From contig NZ_CP015137.1 of assembly GCF_001644705.1 (NCBI RefSeq), positions 3,750,001-3,782,000 on the forward strand: a DNA stretch of 32,000 nt, written 5' to 3'. This document shows positions 9,768 through 18,041 of the stretch, piece by piece. This stretch comes from Dickeya solani IPO 2222 (GTDB lineage: Bacteria > Pseudomonadota > Gammaproteobacteria > Enterobacterales > Enterobacteriaceae). Under the pieces are notes generated by a model. The model was not told the origin of the DNA, did no database searches, and worked only from the letters and a program-made list of their open reading frames with translations. How positions within the stretch are numbered: the stretch's first letter is position 1; each line of letters starts with the position of its first letter. A program made the position numbers and the translations under genes.

Positions 9768-11275
9768 GCAGCCTGAATTCGCTTTCGGCATCATCGGAGC
9801 ATGTCGTGAAGGCGGCGGCCGCAGGGGAGGCGGTGCCGCTGGTGTATGCCCAGCACTGTTTCTGGTTTGTGGCGATGACGCTGGGGGATACCGCCAACAA
9901 TCAGTCCGCTCTGTTGATTGAAGGCGATTTGCAGCCGGAACTGCTGGAAAAAGCGTTGAACTGCCTGATCCACCGGCACAGCAGTTTGCGCATGGCCTTC
10001 AGCCAGTGGACGCCGGTGCAGCAATGCCGGGCGTTCCACGGTTTTGACCTCTCGGTGCTTAAGCTGGATGGGTGCGGCGAAGAGGCGCGCCGCCGGCGTA
10101 TTTCAGACATTTCGGCAAGGTTTATGGCGCAGCCGTTCGTGCTGGACAAGCCGCCCCATCTGCGGGCGCAATTGTTCCAGCTGCAATCGCAACGCTACCT
10201 GCTGCTGTTGTGTATGCCGCACATCATTGCCGATGGCGGCGCCTTTCACCTGTTCGAGCAGCAATTGTGGCAGGTTTACTCGGCGCTGAACGCTGGCCGC
10301 ACCCCGCGTGACGATCAGGACGCGACGCCGATTGAACACTGGGCGGCGCAGGAGCGTTTGCAAAGCGACGAGGCGTTGCAGGCCGAGCTGGCGTTCTGGC
10401 GCCAGCATCTGGCGGGCTATCGCTATGCCCACTTTCCGCTGTCGCTGATCAACCAGCAGGAGTTGATCGACCACCAGTGCGATATCCCGCTGGCAGACAG
10501 CGATATGGAGCGGCTAAAGCAACTGGCGCGCCAGCACCGTATGAGTGTGCAGATGGTGTTGCTGGCGGTGATCGGGCAGGTGGTGCATCAGTTGAGCGGC
10601 GAGTCGCGCTTTGCGCTCAATTCGGTGTTGGAAGGGCGCAATCAGCCGGGGTCCGAAACGCTGATGGCGCCGCAGCTGCGCGCCATGCCGGTGCCGATGG
10701 ATTTCAGCCAGCAGCCGGATCTCGCCTCGTTGCTGGAGCAGGTGCGGCAGAATGTGCTGCAAGCCTATGAGCATATGCACTCGTGGAGCCTGCCGATTGG
10801 CATTCTGGCCCGCCGGCGCTGGTCGCACAGCCCCCGGCTGTTGGTGACAGGCATCGAATGGCTGAGCCGCCTTTATTGCGGCATCGCCCGCAAGGCCCGG
10901 CTTTATCCACGTTTTCTGGCGGATTTCCTGTTCATGGAACCCAAGCCGCCCCGCTGGTGGTGGGCGCGGGACCCGGCGTGGCGGGCCAAAGGCGTGGCCG
11001 ATCCGCTGATCAACATCAACGTGTTGCAAGATGCCTTCAAGACCGACGCGCCGCAGGCGCAGTCGGCGACTCTGGCTATCAGCCACTGCCGGGAATCGGA
11101 CTATTTTATCGACGCCGACATCGCGACCCGCTGGGAAAGCGACACCATCAATATCTACATTACCCGCGGGGCCGACCGGCAGTTAAAACTGCACATCACG
11201 TGCTGCTGTTTTAATCAGGACGGTATGGATCGTTTTTTACAGTTGCTCCGTCAACAGCTCTCTTCCCTTGGTTAA
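9764..11275 (+). CDS. Free-standing NRPS condensation-domain protein (503 aa)
   Basis: ATG 9764 overlaps the PKS stop (ATGA). It has an N-terminal C-domain motif LIHRHSSLRMAF and the His-motif variant MPHIIADGG (His codon 10220-10222). No adenylation or carrier motifs are present in this ORF. Confidence 0.88.
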   Translation: MSSLNSLSASSEHVVKAAAAGEAVPLVYAQHCFWFVAMTLGDTANNQSALLIEGDLQPELLEKALNCLIHRHSSLRMAFSQWTPVQQCRAFHGFDLSVLKLDGCGEEARRRRISDISARFMAQPFVLDKPPHLRAQLFQLQSQRYLLLLCMPHIIADGGAFHLFEQQLWQVYSALNAGRTPRDDQDATPIEHWAAQERLQSDEALQAELAFWRQHLAGYRYAHFPLSLINQQELIDHQCDIPLADSDMERLKQLARQHRMSVQMVLLAVIGQVVHQLSGESRFALNSVLEGRNQPGSETLMAPQLRAMPVPMDFSQQPDLASLLEQVRQNVLQAYEHMHSWSLPIGILARRRWSHSPRLLVTGIEWLSRLYCGIARKARLYPRFLADFLFMEPKPPRWWWARDPAWRAKGVADPLININVLQDAFKTDAPQAQSATLAISHCRESDYFIDADIATRWESDTINIYITRGADRQLKLHITCCCFNQDGMDRFLQLLRQQLSSLG

Positions 11276-11291
11276 ATGAGCCGGACATTCA

Positions 11292-12236
11292 ATGGATATG
11301 AAACAGAAAGAGAAAGTGATCGAGTTTGATCAGGTGGTGAAAACCTACAAGGACCATCAGGCATTAAAGGGGGTGTCGCTGGATGTCTACCGCGGCGAGT
11401 TCCTCGGCCTGCTGGGGCCGAATGGCGCGGGCAAAACCACGCTGGTGGAAATTCTTGAGGGATTGAAACAGCCGGACAGCGGCAAGGTCAGGATACTGGG
11501 CAAGAGCTGGAGCAGGGACAAGGACTGGCTACGCCACCGCCTGAGCGGGGTGCTGCAGGAAACCCTGTTCATCAACAAGCTGAAGGTGGAGGAAACCCTG
11601 TCGCTGTTTGCCAGCTTTTACCGCTGCTCCCGTCAACGCATGAAAGACGTGATGGAGATGGTGGAGCTGACGGCAAAGCGTAAAACCTATGTCGAAGGGT
11701 TGTCCGGCGGCGAACGCCAGCGGCTGGCGCTGGGGGTGGCCATCCTCAACGAACCGGAAATCATGATTCTGGACGAACCGACCACCGGCCTGGACCCGCG
11801 TATTCGCCACGATACCTGGGATATTTTGCGCAAGCTGAACAAAGAGAATAACGCCACCATGATTCTGACCACGCATTACATGGAGGAAGCGGAATACCTG
11901 TGCGATCGCATTTGCATCATGAATCAGGGGGAAATCCTCACCCACGGCACTATGGATGAACTGCTCAGGAAACACTGCGTGGGCGAGGTGATTGAATGCC
12001 GGGCCTCGCATCCGGAGCGGCTGCAGGCGCTGCATCAGCACCCCAAGGTGCTGCGTTACCACTATGACGCCACCACGCAGCGCATCACTTTGCTGACTTT
12101 TAACGCCACCCAGTTTCTTGGCGACTTACTGACGATAGCGAACGAAGCGCGTACCGACATCATCGAACTGGTGGTGCGCAAAAAAACGCTGGATGACCTT
12201 TTTATGACGCTGGCAGGCCGGGGGTTCCATGAATAA
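11292..12236 (+). CDS. ABC transporter ATP-binding protein (ABC-2/DrrA-like exporter type)
   Basis: Walker A GPNGAGKTT, signature LSGGERQRL, Walker B IMILDEPTTGLD, H-loop TTHYMEEA. Length 314 aa. A second in-frame ATG at 11298 leaves the exact start slightly uncertain. Confidence 0.95.
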   Translation: MDMKQKEKVIEFDQVVKTYKDHQALKGVSLDVYRGEFLGLLGPNGAGKTTLVEILEGLKQPDSGKVRILGKSWSRDKDWLRHRLSGVLQETLFINKLKVEETLSLFASFYRCSRQRMKDVMEMVELTAKRKTYVEGLSGGERQRLALGVAILNEPEIMILDEPTTGLDPRIRHDTWDILRKLNKENNATMILTTHYMEEAEYLCDRICIMNQGEILTHGTMDELLRKHCVGEVIECRASHPERLQALHQHPKVLRYHYDATTQRITLLTFNATQFLGDLLTIANEARTDIIELVVRKKTLDDLFMTLAGRGFHE

Positions 12237-13341
12237 CGCATTGTTTTCGTTGATGCTGACGCAGTTCCGTCAATATTTCCGCGAACCCCAGATCCTGTTC
12301 TGGTCGTTCGGTTTTCCCCTGCTGCTGGTGTGGCTGCTGGGGGTGTCGTTCTCGATGCAGGATATCCCGGAACGGCATATCGGCATTCTGTTGCCGCAGG
12401 ATGCCGGCCAGCAGGCGCAGATCCGTGCCTGGGGGCAGACGCTGACGGAAAAACCGCATGAAATCGCCTCGATCGCCAATCGTTCGGAGGTGAAGCGCGA
12501 GAACACGGTCAAAATCAAGTACACCGTCAATTACTATCAGGATTACAACGACATCATTCTGGCGCTCAAGCGCGGCGATATTCAGATTATCGTGGAAACG
12601 CTGACGGACCAGGATCAGACGCAACGCCGTCTGTACTATCTTGATCCGCAGAATAGTGAAGCGATGCTGACCTACTACCTGCTGAATGAATCGGAACAGG
12701 CGCTCGGTCAGGCGGTGGCGCAGAATCTGTCGGTGCTCGACACCCCCGGCCTGCGTTATATCGATTTTCTGGTGCCGGGATTACTGGCGATGGCCATCAT
12801 GGAGACTTGCCTGATCGCCGTCGGCTGGGCGCTGGTGGAAAAACGCATCACGCGGGTGACGCGGCAGATGTGCATTACGCCGATGAACCCGTCCCTGTTC
12901 CTGCTGGCGCACATCCTATCCTGCTTCATTATCAATTTTATCGAGATCCTGATTATCTACTGGTTCGCCAAAATCTATTTCGATGTCAGCATTCAGGGGC
13001 AGTTTGGCGCGTTCCTGCTGCTGAATCTGGCCGGTAATCTCTGTTTCTCGGGCATTGCGGTGCTGGCGGCGTCGCGCGCCAAAAAAGCGCAGACGGCCAA
13101 CGGCTTGCTGGAGGTGATCATTCTGGTGCAGGTGCTGGTGTCCGGTATTTTCTTCAGCTACAAGAATTTTCCCGGCGCCGCCTTTATCGACCTGCTGCCG
13201 CTGACCATGCTGGCGAACATGATGCGCCGGGTGTTTATCGAAGGCGCGGACGTGGTCGCCGTGCTGCCGGCCGCCGCCGCGCTGTCGGCGATTGGGCTGG
13301 TTAGTTTCCTGGTCGGCAAGCGTATTTTCCGCTGGTATTGA
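12229..13341 (+). CDS. ABC-2 type transporter permease
   Basis: Its start overlaps the ATPase gene by 8 nt. Length 370 aa. It has one N-terminal hydrophobic segment (ILFWSFGFPLLLVWLLGVSF), a ~130-aa hydrophilic loop, then five further hydrophobic segments. This is the usual ABC-2 permease layout. Confidence 0.85.
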   Translation: MNNALFSLMLTQFRQYFREPQILFWSFGFPLLLVWLLGVSFSMQDIPERHIGILLPQDAGQQAQIRAWGQTLTEKPHEIASIANRSEVKRENTVKIKYTVNYYQDYNDIILALKRGDIQIIVETLTDQDQTQRRLYYLDPQNSEAMLTYYLLNESEQALGQAVAQNLSVLDTPGLRYIDFLVPGLLAMAIMETCLIAVGWALVEKRITRVTRQMCITPMNPSLFLLAHILSCFIINFIEILIIYWFAKIYFDVSIQGQFGAFLLLNLAGNLCFSGIAVLAASRAKKAQTANGLLEVIILVQVLVSGIFFSYKNFPGAAFIDLLPLTMLANMMRRVFIEGADVVAVLPAAAALSAIGLVSFLVGKRIFRWY

Positions 13342-13537
13342 CGCAAGGTGCCGGTTTTTTCTGGCGTGAAAAACTGTGCTGAGGTGGGCGACGTCGTCGG
13401 ATGAGCCGCATGGAGGCGGCGAAAGCCCGTGTCGCGTCGGACAAAAACGCCGCGAGCGTTTTTGAACAGCGTTTACGCTGGCCTGCAAGGGTGAATCCGT
13501 CAGGGCTCATCATTTAGCCATCAGCCAGTGGTCAAAG

Positions 13538-13556
13538 GGAGGCGCTTTGCGCCTCC
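13538..13556. terminator. GC-rich hairpin between the convergent ABC operon and hydrolase gene (likely terminator, mainly for the minus-strand hydrolase)
   Basis: GGAGGCGC-TTT-GCGCCTCC is a perfect 8-bp stem lying 5 nt beyond the hydrolase stop codon (13561-13563 on the minus strand). Short A/T runs flank it on both sides (aaag...gtcttta). The U-tract is weak. Confidence 0.5.
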
Positions 13557-13560
13557 GTCT

Positions 13561-14592
13561 TTATTGCGGGCAGCGGGTGTCGGCAATAAAACGGGTTTGG
13601 TCGGCGAGGTAACCGGCGGTAAAAATCTGGCGCGGGAAAAACAGCCCCAGCGTCCAGGATTTTATCAGCGACGTTTCTACCGATTTATCGACCATATTAT
13701 GCGTTGACTGCGGGTAATATTTTACCGTCAGCTGTCCCGGTCGTGTTAATAACGACTGATAGACATCGCGGGTATTATTGACGTCCACGTTAATATCTTT
13801 GCCACCCAGCATTAATAATGCCTTGGTATGTATATTTTTCAGATCGTCGGTAGCGTCGGCCTGAAAGTTTTTCTGAATAAATGTCCAGCGATCCGGCGTT
13901 AAATCGATATTTCCCGCTATATCCTGCTGATATTGCGCCAGCGTTTTTCCCTGCTGTAAATAACGCAGAATCACCGCATTGCGCGAGACCGCCTGTTCAA
14001 TCGTCTGCGCGGAGGCCTGCTTGTCCTGCATGCTGGCGAGGGTGTTGTATTGCCCCTGTTGCAGCCAGTTGATGGCGGGGGAAACGGCAATCATGAAGCA
14101 GACCGCCGGGTCGAGACGCGCGACTTTGGGCAGTACCCAGCCGCCCTGGCTGGCGCCCCACAGGCCGATGCGCGCGCCGTCCAGCTGCGGGTTGGCTTGT
14201 ACCCAGCGAATGGCGGCCATCACCTCGTTGGCGCGGTCGTCCATCGTTTGCAGCAGCCAGTTGCCGGGTGCGCCGCCAATGCCGGGTTTGTTCCACGATA
14301 GGCTGGCGTAGCCGGCTTTGGCGATCGCTTCCCACATCGGGCGATAGAAACCGCCGTGGGTGGCTTCAATCGGCCCGTCGCCGTGGATGAAAATCACCAC
14401 CCCCGGTTTCTGGCCGGGAGCCATGTTGGCCGGCATCGCCAGAATAGCCTCCAGCGGCTGCGCCGGGGTGGGAATAATGACTTTCTCTTCCCGTATTTTG
14501 TAATAGTTCTGATAGAGCAGGAAACTGAGCAAGGTCAGTGCGATGGCACAGGTAATCGGCATCCAGCGTGGCAGACGAAAAAACGTATCCAT
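13561..14592 (-). CDS. Membrane-anchored alpha/beta-fold serine hydrolase (acylpeptide-hydrolase/dienelactone-hydrolase-like)
   Basis: N-terminal hydrophobic anchor MPITCAIALTLLSFLLY. Nucleophile elbow GLWGASQGG (GxSxG). Candidate acid LGGKDINVD and His in PQSTHNM. Length 343 aa. No Shine-Dalgarno (SD) sequence precedes the ATG at 14592. Confidence 0.85.
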   Translation of the reverse strand: MDTFFRLPRWMPITCAIALTLLSFLLYQNYYKIREEKVIIPTPAQPLEAILAMPANMAPGQKPGVVIFIHGDGPIEATHGGFYRPMWEAIAKAGYASLSWNKPGIGGAPGNWLLQTMDDRANEVMAAIRWVQANPQLDGARIGLWGASQGGWVLPKVARLDPAVCFMIAVSPAINWLQQGQYNTLASMQDKQASAQTIEQAVSRNAVILRYLQQGKTLAQYQQDIAGNIDLTPDRWTFIQKNFQADATDDLKNIHTKALLMLGGKDINVDVNNTRDVYQSLLTRPGQLTVKYYPQSTHNMVDKSVETSLIKSWTLGLFFPRQIFTAGYLADQTRFIADTRCPQ

Positions 14593-14599
14593 GATTTTT

Positions 14600-14674
14600 T
14601 CAGTTCAGCGTCAGGGCAGAGGAATAACAGCGTAAATGATTTCGACGCAGCGGGGAACTTATATTGTGTGGCAT
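14600..14674 (-). CDS. Candidate 24-codon upstream ORF (MPHNISSPLRRNHLRCYSSALTLN) ending 7 nt before the hydrolase start
   Basis: On the minus strand a consensus SD AAGGAG (14681-14686) is followed by a 6-nt spacer and ATG (14672-14674). The stop TGA (14600-14602) lies 7 nt upstream of the hydrolase ATG. I recognise no homology, so support rests only on initiation signals and position. Confidence 0.3.
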   Translation of the reverse strand: MPHNISSPLRRNHLRCYSSALTLN

Positions 14675-14832
14675 GTTTCGCTCCTTTGTAACAGGAATAA
14701 CACCGACAGATTAAAGGACGTTTTAATGACGAAGGCGTTACCTGATATTTCTTTTCGCCATATTTTTAGCGCGGCACGGACATACTGTCGGGGATAAAAA
14801 TCGTGCCCCGTTTTTCGTGTTATTGTCAACGC

Positions 14833-14863
14833 GGTGGCCTGCCGACTGTGCCGACAGACCACC
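14833..14863 (-). other. Stem-loop 15 nt downstream of the RND gene stop (possible terminator or RNA-stabilising hairpin)
   Basis: The minus-strand RNA GGUGGUCUGUCG-GCACAGU-CGGCAGGCCACC forms a 12-bp stem including two G-U pairs. No U-run follows, so it is not a canonical intrinsic terminator. Confidence 0.3.
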
Positions 14864-14877
14864 GTTGCAGCCGTGGG

Positions 14878-17800
14878 TTAGCGTTCGTCCGGCGCCGTCG
14901 GCGTTTTCATTGCCCGGCGGGCGTCACGCCAGCGGTCGTAGCGCTCCTGCACGCTCATAACCGCCACGAAGAACACCGGCACGAAGAACACCGCCAGTAC
15001 GGTGGCGCTGACCATCCCGCCGAACACGCCGGTGCCGATGGCGTGCTGGGTTTCGGCGCTGGCGCCTGACGCCACCATCAGCGGCACCACCCCCAGCGCA
15101 AACGCCAGCGAGGTCATCAGGATTGGGCGCAGGCGCAGGCGCGCCGCCGTTACCGCGGCATCCACCAGTTCATGCCCTTGTTCGCGCAGCTGTCTGGCGA
15201 ACTCGACGATCAGGATGGCGTTCTTGGCCGACAGCCCGATCACGGTAATCAGCCCCACCTTGAAGAACACATCGTTCGGCATATCGCGCAGGATCACCGC
15301 CAGCACCGCGCCGAGCAGCCCCAGCGGCACCACCAGCATAACCGATAGCGGAATCGACCAGCTTTCATACAGCGCCGCCAGCACCAGAAACACCACCACC
15401 ATCGACAGCAGCAGCAACATCGGCGCCTGCGCGGCGGATTGCCGTTCCTGCAGCGATTGCCCGGTCCATGCCACGGTGAAGCCGGGCGGCAACTGCGCCG
15501 CCAGCCGTTCCATCTCCGCCATCGCCGCGCCGCTGGAGACGCCGGGCACGGCGCTGCCGGAGATTCTGGCCGCCAGGAAACCCTGATAGCGCGTCAGTTG
15601 CAGCGGGGTGTCGCTCCAGACCGGCGTCACCACTTCTTTCAGCGAAACCATGCCGCCCGCGGTGTTGCGCACATACAGCCGGAGCACATCGTCCAACTGC
15701 ATACGCGCCGGCGCGTCGGCCTGAATGATTACCTGCTGCATGCGGCCGGCGTTCGGGAAATCGTTCACGTACAGCGAGCCGATGGCGGCGGACAGCGTCT
15801 CGCTGAGGGTGCTGAACGATACGCCGAGCGCTTCCGCCTTTTGGCGATCGATATTCAGCCGCACCGTGCTGCCGGGCGGCAGGCCGTCCGGGTAGACGCC
15901 GGCGACGATGTGGCTCTGCGCCGCCAGTGTCAGCAGTTTGGTTTCCGCCGCCTTGAGCGCGGTGTAACCCTGGCCGGCGCGGTCTTGCAGGCGCAGGGTA
16001 AAGCCGGACGAGGTGCCCAGCTCATCGATCGCGGGCGGCATCAGCGTCATGGCGGTGCCTTCGCGGATCGACGACATCGCCTGCTGAGCCTGCGTTACTT
16101 CGCCCTGCGCGGTAGCGCCGTCGCGGGCCGACCAGTCTTTCAGCGTGGTGAACGCCATCGCCGCGTTGGGACCGGAGCCGGAGAAACCGAAGCCGAGAAT
16201 CGACATATTGGACGCGATGCCGGGGCGCGAGGCGACGTGTTGTTCGTAGGTTTTGACCACGTCTAGCGTGCGCGCTTCGGTGGCGTCAGACGGCAGTTGG
16301 ATCGACGTCATGAAGTACCCCTGATCCTCTTGCGGCAGGAAGTCGGACGGCAATTCACTGAAGATCCACGCCAGCGAGCCGGTCAGCGCGGCAAACAGCA
16401 GCAACATGCTGCCGGAACGGCGCAGCAGCGCGCGGGTGCCGGCGGCGTAATGCTGCGTCAACTGTTCGAAACGGCGGTTAAAGCCGCCGAAAAAGCCGCG
16501 TTTCTCATGATGACCGTCGGCAACCGGCGTCAGCAGCGTGGCACACAGCGCAGGGGTCAGCGTCAGCGCCAGAAACGCCGAGAACAGGATTGATACCGCC
16601 ATCGACAGGGTAAATTGCCGGTAGATGACCCCCACTGAACCGCTGGCGAACGCCATCGGGATAAACACGGCCGACAGCACCAGCGTGATGCCGATAATCG
16701 CGCCGGTGATCTCCTTCATCGCTCGGGTGGTCGCCGCTTTGGGCGACAGCCGTTCCTGCGCCATCAACCGCTCAACGTTTTCCACCACCACGATGGCGTC
16801 ATCCACGATGATGCCGATCGCCAGCACCATGCCGAACATCGTCAGCACGTTGATGGAGAAACCGGCCGCCAGCATCACCGTGAAGGTGCCGAGCAGGGCG
16901 ATGGGGGCGACAATCGCCGGGATCAGGGTATAACGCACATTTTGCAGAAACAGGTACATCACCAGAAACACCAGCACCATCGCTTCGGCCAGCGTCCTGA
17001 CCACCTGCTCGATGGAGATTTTGACGAACGGCGCGGTGTTGAACGGCAACGAATAGCCCATCCCGGCGGGCATGGACGATTTCAGCTCGGCCATACGCTG
17101 CGCGATCGCGGCGGCGGTGCGCACCGCATTCGCGCCCGGCGCCAGTTGAACGGCGGCGGCGGTGGCGTCCTTGCCGTTTTCACGCACGGAAAAACCGTAG
17201 GACTGCGCGCCCAGTTCGACGCGCGCCACGTCGGCCAGCACCACCCGCGAGCCGTCTTCCCGGGCGCGTAGTAAGATGGCGGCGAATTGCTCCGGGGTTT
17301 CCAACTGCCCTTGTACCGTCAGCGGAATGGTTACCCGCTGTCCCGGTAGGGTGGGCGCGTCGCCGACCCGGCCGGGGGCGATTTGCGCGTTCTGCTGGGT
17401 GATGGCGGTCGACAGGTCGTTCATGGTCAGGCCGTAGGACAGCAGCTTGTTCGGATCGACCCAGACGCGCATCGCCTGTTCGGCGCCAAAGAGCTGAACG
17501 CGGCCGACGCCGTCGATCCGGCGCAGCTCCTCGATCACGTTACGCGCCAGGTAGTCGCTCAGCGCCACCTGGTCGAAACGCCCGCTATCGGAGGTCAGGC
17601 TGACCAGCAGCAGAAAGCCCGATGAGGCGGACTCCACCTGCAGGCCGTTTTGCCTGACCGTTTGCGGCAGCCGGGGTTCGACCGATTTGATGCGGTTTTG
17701 CACGTCCACCTGCGCCAGCTCCGGGTCGGTGCCCGGTTTGAAGGTGATGCTGATCTGCGCCGAGCCGGAGGTGTCCACCGACGACTCGAAATAGAGCAGG

Positions 17801-18021
17801 TTTTTGACGCTGGACAGCTCGCGTTCGATCAGCCCGACCACCGCATCATTCATGGTCTGCGGCGTCGCGCCGGGGTAAGAAGCGGTGATGCTCACCGTCG
17901 GCGGCGCCACCGACGGGTAACGGGCGATCGGCAGTTGGGGAATGGCGATGGTTCCCAGCAGCACGATGAACAGGGCGATCACCCAGGCAAACACCGGGCG
18001 ATGGATAAAAAATTGCGGCAT
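14878..18021 (-). CDS. desB: RND (HAE1, AcrB/MexB-type) multidrug efflux permease
   Basis: Length 1047 aa. The N-terminus MPQFFIHRPVFAWVIALFIVLLG is typical of the family, as is the alternation of large hydrophilic loops and hydrophobic clusters. AAGGAG lies 9 nt upstream of the ATG. The gene starts 20 nt after the MFP gene stop. The symbol is given only by position next to a zeamine-type cluster, as I recall for Dickeya zeae DesAB; no sequence comparison was made. Confidence 0.96.
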   Translation of the reverse strand: MPQFFIHRPVFAWVIALFIVLLGTIAIPQLPIARYPSVAPPTVSITASYPGATPQTMNDAVVGLIERELSSVKNLLYFESSVDTSGSAQISITFKPGTDPELAQVDVQNRIKSVEPRLPQTVRQNGLQVESASSGFLLLVSLTSDSGRFDQVALSDYLARNVIEELRRIDGVGRVQLFGAEQAMRVWVDPNKLLSYGLTMNDLSTAITQQNAQIAPGRVGDAPTLPGQRVTIPLTVQGQLETPEQFAAILLRAREDGSRVVLADVARVELGAQSYGFSVRENGKDATAAAVQLAPGANAVRTAAAIAQRMAELKSSMPAGMGYSLPFNTAPFVKISIEQVVRTLAEAMVLVFLVMYLFLQNVRYTLIPAIVAPIALLGTFTVMLAAGFSINVLTMFGMVLAIGIIVDDAIVVVENVERLMAQERLSPKAATTRAMKEITGAIIGITLVLSAVFIPMAFASGSVGVIYRQFTLSMAVSILFSAFLALTLTPALCATLLTPVADGHHEKRGFFGGFNRRFEQLTQHYAAGTRALLRRSGSMLLLFAALTGSLAWIFSELPSDFLPQEDQGYFMTSIQLPSDATEARTLDVVKTYEQHVASRPGIASNMSILGFGFSGSGPNAAMAFTTLKDWSARDGATAQGEVTQAQQAMSSIREGTAMTLMPPAIDELGTSSGFTLRLQDRAGQGYTALKAAETKLLTLAAQSHIVAGVYPDGLPPGSTVRLNIDRQKAEALGVSFSTLSETLSAAIGSLYVNDFPNAGRMQQVIIQADAPARMQLDDVLRLYVRNTAGGMVSLKEVVTPVWSDTPLQLTRYQGFLAARISGSAVPGVSSGAAMAEMERLAAQLPPGFTVAWTGQSLQERQSAAQAPMLLLLSMVVVFLVLAALYESWSIPLSVMLVVPLGLLGAVLAVILRDMPNDVFFKVGLITVIGLSAKNAILIVEFARQLREQGHELVDAAVTAARLRLRPILMTSLAFALGVVPLMVASGASAETQHAIGTGVFGGMVSATVLAVFFVPVFFVAVMSVQERYDRWRDARRAMKTPTAPDER

Positions 18022-18041
18022 GGCGCGTGGCTCCTTTGCTG

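Noticed and set aside
13401-13517. A 38-codon plus-strand ORF (MSRMEAAKARVASDKNAASVFEQ...) and small hairpins (13443-13463, 13468-13481) in the ABC/hydrolase intergenic region
   Set aside because: It has no SD and no recognisable similarity. The hairpins are short and A/T-closed, which is insufficient to call a gene or a second terminator.
14789-14815. A plus-strand hairpin CGGGG-N12-CCCCG followed by TTTTT, resembling an intrinsic terminator
   Set aside because: The stem is only 5 bp with a 12-nt loop, and there is no plus-strand gene or promoter-like element upstream that it could terminate. It is probably fortuitous within an AT-rich promoter region.
14659-14862. A 67-aa minus-strand ORF between the RND and hydrolase genes
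   Set aside because: Its start lies inside the stem-loop that follows the RND stop, it has no SD, and its sequence is uninformative. The shorter ORF with a consensus SD (14600-14674) is the better candidate in this region.
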